64,000 nt of DNA from a virus (taxonomy: Duplodnaviria; Caudoviricetes): IMG/VR virus record IMGVR_UViG_3300023178_000006. One strand, written 5' to 3'. The notes beneath the pieces are model-generated. The model saw only the letters and a program-made list of their open reading frames with translations, did no database searches and had not been told where the DNA came from. The first letter of the stretch is position 1. Each line of letters begins with the position of its first letter. Of the stretch, positions 1 to 8,938 are shown piece by piece. The position numbers and the translations under genes are program-made.

Positions 1-497
1 GTAAGGGTGTAATTAAGAATGTTGTAAAACTTGCTTTCAACCCTAACAAAACACAAAGAGACCAATTATACTCTTCAGATGTTAACCCTGTAATGAGTCA
101 AGTAGGACAAGGAATTGTACTATTCGGTGATAAGACAGGTCTTGGTTTACCAAGTGCATTTGACAGAATCAATGTAAGAAGACTCTTTATTGCGGTTGAG
201 AAAGCAATTGCTAATGCAGCACAATCTTTCTTATTCGAACTTAACGATGAATTCTCACAGACTCAGTTCAAAAATATCGTTGAACCTTTCTTAAGAGAAA
301 TTCAAGGTAGACGTGGTATTATCGACTTTAGAGTAATTTCTGATACAACAGTAAATACTCCTGAAATCGTTGATGCTGGTAAGTTTAGAGCAAATATCTT
401 TATTAAACCTGCTAGAAGCATTAATGTTATTGAATTAACATTTGTTGCAACAAGAAGTGGTGTTGAATTTGAAGAAATTGTTGGCTCAATTGGTTAA
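1..497 (+). CDS. gp18: Tail sheath protein, C-terminal part (5' truncated by window edge)
   Basis: Frame is open from nt 3 (KGVIKNVVKLAFNP...RDQLY) and contains GIVLFGDKT, AFDRINVRRLF and IKPARSIN, typical of T4-like sheath; directly upstream of tail tube. Confidence 0.95.
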   Translation, partial: KGVIKNVVKLAFNPNKTQRDQLYSSDVNPVMSQVGQGIVLFGDKTGLGLPSAFDRINVRRLFIAVEKAIANAAQSFLFELNDEFSQTQFKNIVEPFLREIQGRRGIIDFRVISDTTVNTPEIVDAGKFRANIFIKPARSINVIELTFVATRSGVEFEEIVGSIG

Positions 498-528
498 TAA
501 ATAATTAGTAAAATAGGAGAACTAACAA

Positions 529-1062
529 ATGGCATTTAATATTAATGAGTTCAAATCCCAGCTAGTTGGTGGTGGTGCTCGACCTACGTTATTCCAATGT
601 CAAATCTTAAACCCTGTTGCTCCTGAAGCCGACTTTAAAGTTCCTTTCATGGTAAGAGCTGCGGGTATACCCGGCTCTTCCTTAGGTTCTTTCACAGCAC
701 CATACTTTGGTCGTCAGGTCAAGTATGCAGGTGATAGGGTATTTGAAGATTGGACAGTGACTGTTATTAACGATGAAGATTTCATTGTTAGAAACGGTTT
801 GGAAGCATGGTCAAATGCTATCAATACACATGATGGTAATTTACGCTCACTTCCATCTGATTACAAATCAAATGGTTTAATTACACAATATAGTAAAGAC
901 GGAGACGCAATTAGAACTTATGTGTTCGAAGGTATGTACCCAGTGACTATTGACCAAATCCAAATGGATTGGGGTACAACCGATACAATTGAAGAATTCT
1001 CAGTGACCTTCCAATATGACTTCTGGAGAGTCGAAGGTTCAACTGGAATTCCAACTACATAA
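529..1062 (+). CDS. gp19: Tail tube protein
   Basis: GGARPTLF, YFGRQVKYAGDRVFEDWTVTVINDEDF and IEEFSVTFQYDFW motifs; gp18-19-20 synteny. Confidence 0.95.
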   Translation: MAFNINEFKSQLVGGGARPTLFQCQILNPVAPEADFKVPFMVRAAGIPGSSLGSFTAPYFGRQVKYAGDRVFEDWTVTVINDEDFIVRNGLEAWSNAINTHDGNLRSLPSDYKSNGLITQYSKDGDAIRTYVFEGMYPVTIDQIQMDWGTTDTIEEFSVTFQYDFWRVEGSTGIPTT

Positions 1063-1079
1063 TAATAGGAATTTAAATA

Positions 1080-2609
1080 ATGAAGATTTTTGGCTTCGAA
1101 ATTAAGAGGCCTGAAGATGAGATAAAGAATGCTCCTATCTCATTTACAGAACCTCAAAATGATGATGGTGCGATTACCGTATCAGGTAACTCGCTAGGGG
1201 GCTTTTATAGTACTCTATTAGATATGGAAGGTTCAGCTAAGTCTGAATCCGAACTTATCACAAAGTATAGGAACATGGCCCTTCAGCCTGAGATTGCTCA
1301 GGCAGTTGATGATATAGTGAATGAAGCTATCTCGATTGAAATGGACGAAAGTGTCGTTAGCATAAGTTTAGGTGAAACTGATTTACCTGATAAAGTTAAA
1401 GACAAGATTGTAGAAGAATTTGATAACGTCGTATCTATGTTTGATATGTCAAACCAAGGATACGATATGTTCTATAAGTTTTATATCGACGGTCGATTGA
1501 ATTATCATATTATAATCGACCCCGATAACCTTAAAAGAGGTATTATAGAACTACGTTATTGTGACCCTCGAAAACTAAAACTAATTCGAGAGTTGGACAA
1601 GAAAAGTAAAGACAAGCACTCAGGTGCTCCAGTCAAAAAGATTAAGAATGAATACTATATGTATTCTGAAAATGGATTTGGAGCTACTAGTGCAAGCGGT
1701 TCAACTGTTGGTTTTAAAATTGCGAAGGACTCTATTGCTAGAGTAACTTCAGGATTGATGAATGAGAATAATAGTTTAGTATTATCTCACTTACATCCAG
1801 CAATTAAACCTTTAAATCAGTTGAGAATGCTAGAGGATGCTACAGTCATTTATACATTGACTAGAGCTCCTGAAAGAAGAATTTTTTATATTGATGTAGG
1901 TAATTTACCTAAGAATAAGGCGGAACAATATCTTAGAGATATGATGACTCGCCATAAGAATAAACTTCAATATAATTCGTCAACAGGTGAGATTACAGAT
2001 TCTCGTAAAATGTTGACAATGACTGAGGACTTTTGGTTCCCACGTCGTGGCGGTGAGCGTACCACAGAGGTTGATACATTAGCAGGTGGTAGTGCTCAAG
2101 GTTTAAGCAACGACGAAAACATGACGTATTTTCAACGTAAATTATATAAATCGTTGAAAGTACCTTTAACGCGTTTAGAGCCTGAAACAATGGCGAACTT
2201 TGGTAGAGTTTCAGAAATTACCAGAGACGAGTTAAAGTTTGGAAAGTTTATTAAACGTATTAGGTCACGTTTTTCTTGGATATTTAATATCGTATTAGAA
2301 AAACAACTAGTATTAAAGGGTATTCTTACTCCTGAAGAGTTTCAACAAATTCGAAACGATATTCGATATGAATTTGCAAAAGACAACTATTATGATGAGT
2401 TAAAACATGCAGAGATTCTTAAGGAAAGATTAGGAACCTTAAGAGATATTGAAGATTCGATTGGAAAATATTACTCGAAAGAATGGGTAATTAGAAACGT
2501 TCTTCAGATGAGTGAAGAGGAATTTAATGAAATGAATGACCAAATGGTCGCTGAAAAAGAAGCAGAACCTTCTGAAGACGGTGACGATATGGATTCAAAT
2601 CCTTTTTAA
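1080..2609 (+). CDS. gp20: Portal vertex protein
   Basis: FYIDGRL, LHPAIKPLNQLRMLEDA, RAPERRIFYIDVGNLPK and EDFWFPRRGG motifs. Confidence 0.97.
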   Translation: MKIFGFEIKRPEDEIKNAPISFTEPQNDDGAITVSGNSLGGFYSTLLDMEGSAKSESELITKYRNMALQPEIAQAVDDIVNEAISIEMDESVVSISLGETDLPDKVKDKIVEEFDNVVSMFDMSNQGYDMFYKFYIDGRLNYHIIIDPDNLKRGIIELRYCDPRKLKLIRELDKKSKDKHSGAPVKKIKNEYYMYSENGFGATSASGSTVGFKIAKDSIARVTSGLMNENNSLVLSHLHPAIKPLNQLRMLEDATVIYTLTRAPERRIFYIDVGNLPKNKAEQYLRDMMTRHKNKLQYNSSTGEITDSRKMLTMTEDFWFPRRGGERTTEVDTLAGGSAQGLSNDENMTYFQRKLYKSLKVPLTRLEPETMANFGRVSEITRDELKFGKFIKRIRSRFSWIFNIVLEKQLVLKGILTPEEFQQIRNDIRYEFAKDNYYDELKHAEILKERLGTLRDIEDSIGKYYSKEWVIRNVLQMSEEEFNEMNDQMVAEKEAEPSEDGDDMDSNPF

Positions 2610-2617
2610 TATAAATA
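2610..2617 (+). promoter_or_regulatory. T4-type late promoter TATAAATA
   Basis: Exact TATAAATA 35 nt upstream of ORF 2652. Confidence 0.7.
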
Positions 2618-2651
2618 AAATTAATATAGCAAAATAAATAGGGACTTAACA

Positions 2652-3563
2652 ATGAAAAACTTTAAAGATGTTCTCTCAGAAATCGCCCAACCAAAAAGTG
2701 GCGATGAGAAAAAGTTTAAAGACTTACATAAAATAGAATTAATCAAGCACCCAGTAGCACCTGATAATCAGTTTACTGGAGAGATTGATGGTGTGGAAAG
2801 GAAGGCAAGACCTGCTGACCAAGATGGCGATAAGAATTACGACCCACATCTCGATAAGAAAGATAAGCCATTTAAATTACCAAGAGATACAGGTGGTGGT
2901 GCATTAAGAAAAGAGAATACTGAAGTTTCTTTTAAAGATTTAATGAACAAAATCACATCAGAGGAAGACCTTCTTGAAAGTCCCCAAGAAGAAATTCCAA
3001 TGATGATGAAACAGCTTCATTATATTTGCTATGCTTGTGAAGACTTAATGGAATTCTTAGCAACTGACGAAATTGACCCAGAAGAATGGTGGCAAAATAA
3101 GTTGGCTCAAGTATTTGGTAACGTTAAATCATTACACGCTTATGCAAAAGGTAGTGAAAAAGCAGCTGAAGCAGAAAAAGACATTGACCTAGGTAGTGAT
3201 GATGTTGAAGAACAATATGAAAGTATTGATGAAGAAATAGCAGAACTTCTTCATGAAGAAAAATGTTCATGTTGTGGAAACGAAATTACTAAAGACGGAT
3301 GTGGATGCGATGAAGATTGCCCACACTGTGGTGGAAAGGGAAAAGTAGATGAAGCAGTCCAAGTTAAACCAATCAGGGCTGGGCAGTTGGTATTAGGTAA
3401 CAGAAAAAGAGTTTCTGTAAAACCTCAAGATGCAAAGTTATTAGACAAGATGTTTAAGACTTTAAGAGATAAAAAGAACAAGGAAGAAATGTACGAACTT
3501 TTAATGAGTAATGAAAGAGGGTACAACGAAATATTAGACTTTGCTAAAAAAGCAGGTATATAA
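2652..3563 (+). CDS. Probable head-internal/prohead-associated protein with Cys-rich segment
   Basis: Lies between gp20 and gp21; N-terminus MKNFKDVLSE; internal CSCCG...CGCDEDCPHCGG. Confidence 0.6.
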   Translation: MKNFKDVLSEIAQPKSGDEKKFKDLHKIELIKHPVAPDNQFTGEIDGVERKARPADQDGDKNYDPHLDKKDKPFKLPRDTGGGALRKENTEVSFKDLMNKITSEEDLLESPQEEIPMMMKQLHYICYACEDLMEFLATDEIDPEEWWQNKLAQVFGNVKSLHAYAKGSEKAAEAEKDIDLGSDDVEEQYESIDEEIAELLHEEKCSCCGNEITKDGCGCDEDCPHCGGKGKVDEAVQVKPIRAGQLVLGNRKRVSVKPQDAKLLDKMFKTLRDKKNKEEMYELLMSNERGYNEILDFAKKAGI

Positions 3564-3802
3564 TGGCATGGGTTTCAGTACCAGGTTCTAATGGAATTTG
3601 GGAATATGATAACGCAGCCACAGCATCAGATACTTATTCAGATGCTAATGGCACTACAACCGCAGGGGTAAGAACATATACTCCTCCGGGTGGAAATGCT
3701 CAATATATCTATGTAAAAGTTAGAAAAGTTGGGGAAACCGCAGAGCGGGGCGAATTATCAAAGAATTTCTACGATAATCGAAACGCAAACGGTATACCTT
3801 AA
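3563..3802 (+). CDS. Hypothetical protein in head gene cluster
   Basis: 79 aa, start overlaps the previous stop, upstream of gp21. Confidence 0.7.
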   Translation: MAWVSVPGSNGIWEYDNAATASDTYSDANGTTTAGVRTYTPPGGNAQYIYVKVRKVGETAERGELSKNFYDNRNANGIP

Positions 3803-3807
3803 ATGAA

Positions 3808-3815
3808 TATAAATA
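3808..3815 (+). promoter_or_regulatory. T4-type late promoter TATAAATA
   Basis: Exact motif upstream of gp21. Confidence 0.7.
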
Positions 3816-3841
3816 TTTAAAAGAATTATTAGGGTAGAAAC

Positions 3842-4525
3842 ATGAAATTAATTACTGAAGTTAACGAAACTTGCGAAGTATTAACCGAAGCTAAAGAGGA
3901 CGGAAAAAAGTCTTACTTTATCGAAGGTATCTTCATGCAAGGCGACATTAAAAATCGCAACGGAAGAATTTATCCATGCGACACTTTAGAGAATGAAATG
4001 AATCGTTATAACGAGCAATTCATTGAATCTAAAAGAGCGCTTGGTGAACTAGGACATCCTGACGGTCCTACGATTAACGGAGACCGTGTTTCTCATTTGA
4101 TAACTAATATGAAACGCGAAGGTAATGATTTTTACGGTAAAGCAAAAATCTTATCAACTCCAATGGGTGAGATTGTCAAAACTTTCATAGACGAGGGAGT
4201 TAAAATTGGCGTTTCAACAAGAGGTTTAGGCTCGGTAAAACAATTGAAGGATGGCGTTATGGAAGTTCAAAAAGATTTCCATTTAGCGACAGTGGACATT
4301 GTAACTGACCCTTCAGCTCCTAATGCTTTTGTAAATGGTATTATGGAGAATAGAGAGTATTACTACGACATCGCTTCTGCGTCTTGGAGAGCTCAGGAAG
4401 TAACTGAGGTAATCGAAGAGATTGTTGAAGAAGTTGAGAAAAAAATCAACCGAGTGGTACGTAAAATTGATGAAGAAACGGCAGCAAGAATGTTTAGTAC
4501 ATTCGTTCGTTCTTTGAGAAAATAA
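3842..4525 (+). CDS. gp21: Prohead protease
   Basis: IEGIFMQGDIKNRNGRIYP, ALGELGHP, GVSTRGLGS and DIVTDPSAPNAFV. Confidence 0.97.
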   Translation: MKLITEVNETCEVLTEAKEDGKKSYFIEGIFMQGDIKNRNGRIYPCDTLENEMNRYNEQFIESKRALGELGHPDGPTINGDRVSHLITNMKREGNDFYGKAKILSTPMGEIVKTFIDEGVKIGVSTRGLGSVKQLKDGVMEVQKDFHLATVDIVTDPSAPNAFVNGIMENREYYYDIASASWRAQEVTEVIEEIVEEVEKKINRVVRKIDEETAARMFSTFVRSLRK

Positions 4526-4592
4526 CTTTTTAATAAATAATTTGCAGTCAGATTTAATTTGTACTTAAACAATATTTAAAGGAGAAAACATT

Positions 4593-5585
4593 ATGGCAGA
4601 CGACAAAAATACATTCGTTGCTGACGACGGTATTTCAACTGTCCCACAACCGGCGAAGCCTGAGGGTGGTGAAGGTAATAGAAAGCCTAAAAAAGAAGAT
4701 AAGCCTAAAGAGGTAGGTGTAAAAACTCCTGGTCAAGAAAAAGCCGGTGAGAAAGTACCTACAGCTGAAGATGTCGAAGTAGAAGGAACTGAAACAATTG
4801 AAGAAACAGAAGAAACTGTGGAAGAAGTTGTAGTAGAATCTTCAATCGCTTCTATCATCGAAGGTGAAGAACTTTCTGAAGAATTCAAAAACAAAATTGA
4901 AGTTGTTTTTGAAGCAGCAGTTAACGAACAGGTCACAGCTCAAGTAGCAGCTATTAAAGAAGAGCTTGAAACTAAGCTCGAAAGCGAATTAGATGAATCA
5001 ATCGAAACTCGCATGAAAGACATCGTTGAAAACGTAGACAAGTATCTTGACTATGTAGTTGGCGAGTGGATGGAAGAGAACAAGATTGCAGTAGAAGCTG
5101 GCATTAAAGTAGAAATGGCAGAATCTCTCATGAATGGTCTTAAAGATTTATTCACTGAGCACAATGTATCTATCGACGAAGAAACTTTCGACGTAGTTGC
5201 AGAACTTGAAACACAAGTTTCTGATTTAGAAGAAAAATCAAATGCTTTAGTTAATGAGAATATCGAATTAGCTAAAACTATTTCTTCTATCAAAGCAGAA
5301 AAAGTTTTCGAAGAAATGACTGAAGGTCTTTCTGACAATCAGAAAGAAAGATTTAAAGTCCTTTCAGAAAAACTAGATGTTGAAGATTTAGAGTCTTATA
5401 CTGAAAATCTTCAAGTAATCAAGGAATCTTTCTTTAGTGAAGGCAAAGTTGCCACACCTAAAGTAGAAGAAGTCGAAGAAGACGAAATTATTCTAGAAGA
5501 ACAGGAAGTTAAAAAACCAGCTTCTGATTACGCTTCTGTAAATGCTCTTGTTGAAGCACTCGATGCGAGAAAAAAGAATAATTAA
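4593..5585 (+). CDS. gp22: Prohead core scaffolding protein
   Basis: Acidic coiled coil with LSEEFKNKIEVVFEAAV and VDKYLDYVVGEWMEEN; sits between gp21 and gp23. Confidence 0.93.
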   Translation: MADDKNTFVADDGISTVPQPAKPEGGEGNRKPKKEDKPKEVGVKTPGQEKAGEKVPTAEDVEVEGTETIEETEETVEEVVVESSIASIIEGEELSEEFKNKIEVVFEAAVNEQVTAQVAAIKEELETKLESELDESIETRMKDIVENVDKYLDYVVGEWMEENKIAVEAGIKVEMAESLMNGLKDLFTEHNVSIDEETFDVVAELETQVSDLEEKSNALVNENIELAKTISSIKAEKVFEEMTEGLSDNQKERFKVLSEKLDVEDLESYTENLQVIKESFFSEGKVATPKVEEVEEDEIILEEQEVKKPASDYASVNALVEALDARKKNN

Positions 5586-5602
5586 TTAAAAATTGGTTTT
5601 AT

Positions 5603-5610
5603 TATAAATA
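5603..5610 (+). promoter_or_regulatory. T4-type late promoter TATAAATA
   Basis: Exact motif upstream of gp23. Confidence 0.75.
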
Positions 5611-5643
5611 AAATTTACGTTAATTAAAAATAGGAGAGACATT

Positions 5644-6972
5644 ATGTCAAACTATCAACAACTCGTGGAAAAGTGGGAGCCAATTTTAGAGCACGACTCT
5701 TTTTCACCAATTAGCGATCAACATAGGAAAGCAGTAACAGCTACTATCCTAGAGAACACAGAAAGAGCACTTTCTGAAACAGGTGACTTGTCTGCAAACA
5801 TGACAAGCCTTCTTTCAGAAGCACCTACCAACGATGCTGGTACAGGTGGTTTCTCTGCAAGTGTATCTCCAGGAAATGCAGCAGCTGGTCCAACAGCTGG
5901 TTATGACCCTATCTTGATTTCATTAGTACGTAGAGCTATTCCTAACCTAATCGCTTACGATATCTGTGGTGTTCAGCCAATGACTGGCCCAACAGGTTTA
6001 ATCTTCGCGATGAGAGCACGTTACGGTTCTCAAGGTGGTGCGGAAGCTTTATATGCTGAAGCCGATACCGACTTTGGTGGTACTGGTACACACGCAAATA
6101 CTTTGCCAAACGCTAATACAACGCTTATTACAACTGGTACAGGTATGGACACAGCAGCGGCTGAAGCTTTAGGCGACGGTCAAGGTACAAACTTCGCAGA
6201 AATGGCATTCTCTATTGAGAAAGTTACTGTTGCTGCTAAGACACGTGCTTTAAAAGCTGAATACACAACTGAACTTGCTCAAGACTTAAGAGCAGTCCAC
6301 GGCCTAGACGCTGAAACAGAATTGGCTAACATTCTTCAATCTGAAATCTTAACAGAAATCAACCGTGAAGTTGTTAGAACAATCTACAAAACAGCTGAAG
6401 TAGGTGGTGACAATACTGCTGCTTCTGGAGTATTCGACTTAGACGTTGATGCAAACGGAAGATGGTCAGTTGAGAAGTTCAAAGGCTTAATGTTCCAAAT
6501 CGAACAAGAAGCTAACGCTATCGCAAAAGGAACTCGTAGAGGGAAAGGTAACATCGTTATTTGTTCTTCAGACGTAGCTTCTGCATTGCAAATGGCTGGT
6601 GTATTGGATTACGCTCCTGCCTTAAACTCTAACTCTTTAGAAGTTGATGACACAGGTAATACTTTTGCTGGTGTTCTTAACGGAAGATTCAGAGTATACG
6701 TTGACCCATTCGCAGGCGGCAACTACTTAGTAGTTGGTTATAAGGGTTCATCTGCATTTGATGCAGGTTTATTCTACTGCCCATACGTTCCTTTACAAAT
6801 GGTTCGTGCGGTTGGTGAGAACAGCTTCCAACCAAAAATTGGATTCAAGACTCGTTACGGAATGGTTGCAAACCCATTCGCTGAAGGTGACGTTTCTAAC
6901 CAAGGTTTGGGTGCTCTTACTCAAGACGTCAACAAGTACTACAGAAAAATTAGAGTCACAAACTTATTCTAA
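5644..6972 (+). CDS. gp23: Major capsid protein
   Basis: DPILISLVRR, GVQPMTGPTGLIFAMR, KTRALKAEYT and FQPKIGFKTRYG. Confidence 0.98.
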   Translation: MSNYQQLVEKWEPILEHDSFSPISDQHRKAVTATILENTERALSETGDLSANMTSLLSEAPTNDAGTGGFSASVSPGNAAAGPTAGYDPILISLVRRAIPNLIAYDICGVQPMTGPTGLIFAMRARYGSQGGAEALYAEADTDFGGTGTHANTLPNANTTLITTGTGMDTAAAEALGDGQGTNFAEMAFSIEKVTVAAKTRALKAEYTTELAQDLRAVHGLDAETELANILQSEILTEINREVVRTIYKTAEVGGDNTAASGVFDLDVDANGRWSVEKFKGLMFQIEQEANAIAKGTRRGKGNIVICSSDVASALQMAGVLDYAPALNSNSLEVDDTGNTFAGVLNGRFRVYVDPFAGGNYLVVGYKGSSAFDAGLFYCPYVPLQMVRAVGENSFQPKIGFKTRYGMVANPFAEGDVSNQGLGALTQDVNKYYRKIRVTNLF

Positions 6973-7020
6973 TTTTAAGTACTCCATAAAAATAAGAGTA
7001 GCATTCAGCTACCGAATTTT

Positions 7021-7050
7021 AAAGGGTCTCTTTCAGGGACCCTTTTTTTT
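7021..7050 (+). terminator. Rho-independent terminator after gp23, probably bidirectional
   Basis: AAAGGGTCTC-TTTCA-GGGACCCTTT hairpin followed by a T-run; convergent ORF ends here. Confidence 0.85.
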
Positions 7051-7282
7051 ACTTTGTTTTATGCTTATCGAAATACGAACGAATCAGGAAGATTCGTGTA
7101 TAAGCTACGACTGTCATTACACAAGTCACTAGCGTTCCCAGCGTGAGTGGGTCTGTGATTCCAAACTTATCAATAAAGATATACAATAAAGACAAGTTCA
7201 ATGGATAGTTGATAAGAAGACCGGTTGCAACTTGAGTGCCGGTTTCTTTATGAATTCGTTTTGTTCTTGTAGATAATTTCAT
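7049..7282 (-). CDS. Small membrane protein
   Basis: MKLSTR...QVATGLLINYPLNL...VVAYTRIFLIR with two hydrophobic segments; the track start at 7324 lies inside the tRNA, so the start was moved to 7282. Confidence 0.65.
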   Translation of the reverse strand: MKLSTRTKRIHKETGTQVATGLLINYPLNLSLLYIFIDKFGITDPLTLGTLVTCVMTVVAYTRIFLIRSYFDKHKTK

Positions 7283-7289
7283 AATAAAT

Positions 7290-7364
7290 TGGTAGCCCGT
7301 AGGAGAATCGAACTCCTGTTGCATGGATGAAAACCATGTGTCCTAACCACTAGACGAACGGGCC
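7290..7364 (-). tRNA. tRNA-Glu (anticodon TTC) with encoded CCA
   Basis: GGCCCGT/ACGGGCT acceptor stem, D-arm TAGTGGTTAGGA, anticodon arm CATGG-TTTTCAT-CCATG, T-loop GTTCGATTC, 3' ACCA. Confidence 0.95.
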
Positions 7365-7368
7365 GGAT

Positions 7369-7422
7369 AAAAAAACGGCAATCCTTCCATATACGCCTAT
7401 CAAAGGTATGTCAAGGATTGCC
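7369..7422 (-). terminator. Terminator-like hairpin between the large ncRNA and tRNA-Glu
   Basis: GGCAATCCTT...AAGGATTGCC 10-bp stem followed by 7 T on the - strand. Confidence 0.6.
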
Positions 7423-8140
7423 TAGGTATTGAATTTCAGTGTCACAATCGTCATTTGGTCTTACTGCCGGACTACCGGGCCCGTCGACTAAACGGGGATT
7501 TCAAACTACCTTAAAATCAAAATTTGGGGGGATGGATTTGTGTTAACGTAATTCGTTAAATAGTGTAGAATTGTTAATCGTAAATCCTGTCCCTACCCCG
7601 AGCTCGAAGCCCCTATTATTGAAACTGGTATAAAATCGCAGGTACGTCTCTCAGACTAACATGGTACTCGTTAATCCCAGTCTCGGTTGGTACCTAAGTA
7701 CCATCTCTGCCTAAAGGGAATAAAGCCTGGACCGCCGTCCTGTGTCCCTCGGTTTCCTTGCGGGGAATTTGAGGTTCTTCCTTTTCCATTGCGGACCTTC
7801 CGAGGGTCTAGTACTTCATCTTGTGTTTCCGCACCTCTTTGGTCTCTACAGTATCGAGCGTTTCTTCATACATGGAGACGCTTTCCCACCTGCTCTAATG
7901 ATTTTGTTGTCACCCGTATAATTACGTACTTTCCAGTACTGGCCTTCTCATTACTCTAACCTATCCTAGCTTGCAATCTTTGGACTCGGTTAGTTTCAGC
8001 TGCCAGTCGGGCGACTTTACTTCCTACACTTAAGACCTTCACGTTTGGTAAGAACGTCCATCAATCTAATTCTCTTCGCCGAATGTGACCACTATTTCAG
8101 ACACTTTCCCTTTCCGGCGGGGAGTATTCCGTCATTATGT
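7370..8140 (-). ncRNA. Candidate large structured ncRNA (ROOL/GOLLD-like)
   Basis: No credible ORF; GC elevated (93/180 counted in 7681-7860); several tetraloop hairpins; bounded by a sigma70 promoter and a terminator-like hairpin; adjacent to a tRNA. Confidence 0.7.
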
Positions 8141-8145
8141 TAGAT

Positions 8146-8205
8146 ATTATACCACAGCTTTTTGAAATTGTCAACTGTTTTTTGCAAAAAAGTTGCACTT
8201 TTTTT
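8146..8205 (-). promoter_or_regulatory. Sigma70-type promoter with upstream A6-GTTGCAC-T7 inverted repeat
   Basis: TTGACA (8174-8169), 17-nt spacer, TATAAT (8151-8146) preceded by TGG; inverted repeat at 8186-8205. Confidence 0.9.
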
Positions 8206-8212
8206 CAAGAGC

Positions 8213-8428
8213 TTATTTTGAGTTTACGAACTCATTCAGTTCAGAAGCTACAGAAATGATATCCTGTGCTGAAACTGAGGTTGTAGGTAATGATTTCTTA
8301 TCATCAGGGTGATTGTCGTTATGATTATACGTAGCGTCAATCTTCCTTTGTAAGTTATCGTATAGTATGGATTGAGCCATACTGAGTAGGTCGGCACGTA
8401 TCTCGTACCCAGATTTTCCGTTTGACAT
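8213..8428 (-). CDS. Hypothetical protein
   Basis: MSNGKSGYEIRADLLSMAQ, with GGAGGA ribosome-binding site. Confidence 0.8.
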   Translation of the reverse strand: MSNGKSGYEIRADLLSMAQSILYDNLQRKIDATYNHNDNHPDDKKSLPTTSVSAQDIISVASELNEFVNSK

Positions 8429-8465
8429 AATTTCCTCCTTGTGTGTATGTGTGTTTATGTCTTTA

Positions 8466-8774
8466 TTAAACTGTTAGGTATTCGTTAATTCTCCTAACAG
8501 TGTCTATTTCAGTTTGTGGATTATTCCACATCCTGTTTCTTGGACTTGGATGCGGTATCTTTAAATGAGACACCTCATTCTTATCCAACCAAGTAGAAGC
8601 GATATTTCCTAAAGCAATAACTTTATCATATCGTTTTACTAAGTTAATGTCATCGTATGAGCGGTTAGTCCAATCAAATTGCCTACCTACCCACTTGATA
8701 ACTCTGTTCTTTGTTGGTGATTTTTCTGGTGTTGTTTTACCAGGCGCTTCACCTACTATAATCAAAGATTCCAT
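8466..8774 (-). CDS. Minimal uracil-DNA glycosylase superfamily-like protein
   Basis: IIVGEAPG (motif A-like), VIALG and IPHPSPRN (motif B-like) within 102 aa. Confidence 0.65.
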   Translation of the reverse strand: MESLIIVGEAPGKTTPEKSPTKNRVIKWVGRQFDWTNRSYDDINLVKRYDKVIALGNIASTWLDKNEVSHLKIPHPSPRNRMWNNPQTEIDTVRRINEYLTV

Positions 8775-8938
8775 TATATACTTATACGTTCCATTGCAGT
8801 TCTATAACCATTTTTACGAACTCCACTTTCAAACATAATTGCTTCTTTCATGAATGTGAATACGTATTCCGCTTTGAGTACGTCATCAGCATCTTTAACG
8901 ATTACTTTAAATGCATTTTCTTTCTTATTCTTCTTCAT
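8774..8938 (-). CDS. Small hypothetical protein
   Basis: MKKNKKENAFKVIVKD; start moved to 8938 to remove a long overlap with the methyltransferase. Confidence 0.55.
   Translation of the reverse strand: MKKNKKENAFKVIVKDADDVLKAEYVFTFMKEAIMFESGVRKNGYRTAMERISI

Noticed and set aside
4733-5338. Ser/Thr-rich antisense ORFs within gp22
   Set aside because: Shadows of an acidic coiled-coil gene; the same applies to the many antisense ORFs inside csgG, FecR, the cyclase, guaC, hemA, primase and the 61-64 kb genes
6734-7132. 132-aa + strand ORF overlapping the gp23 end
   Set aside because: Out-of-frame overlap crossing the terminator, no ribosome-binding site
7283-7324. N-terminal extension of ORF 7049-7324
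   Set aside because: The ATG lies within the tRNA-Glu anticodon arm/variable region; the downstream ATG at 7282 is more plausible
7687-7959. 90-aa + strand ORF
   Set aside because: Antisense to the structured RNA, non-ATG start, no ribosome-binding site, atypical composition
7790-7980. Group I intron core resemblance within the ncRNA (P-like AUUGC, Q-like GCAG, R-like UGUAGAGACCA, S-like AAGAUGAAGUAC, P8- and P9-like hairpins)
   Set aside because: P4 and P6 could pair, but P7 has three mismatches including the G-binding pair, no P3 partner is found, and no interrupted host gene flanks it. Not called an intron; a covariance-model search could revisit a degenerate relationship.
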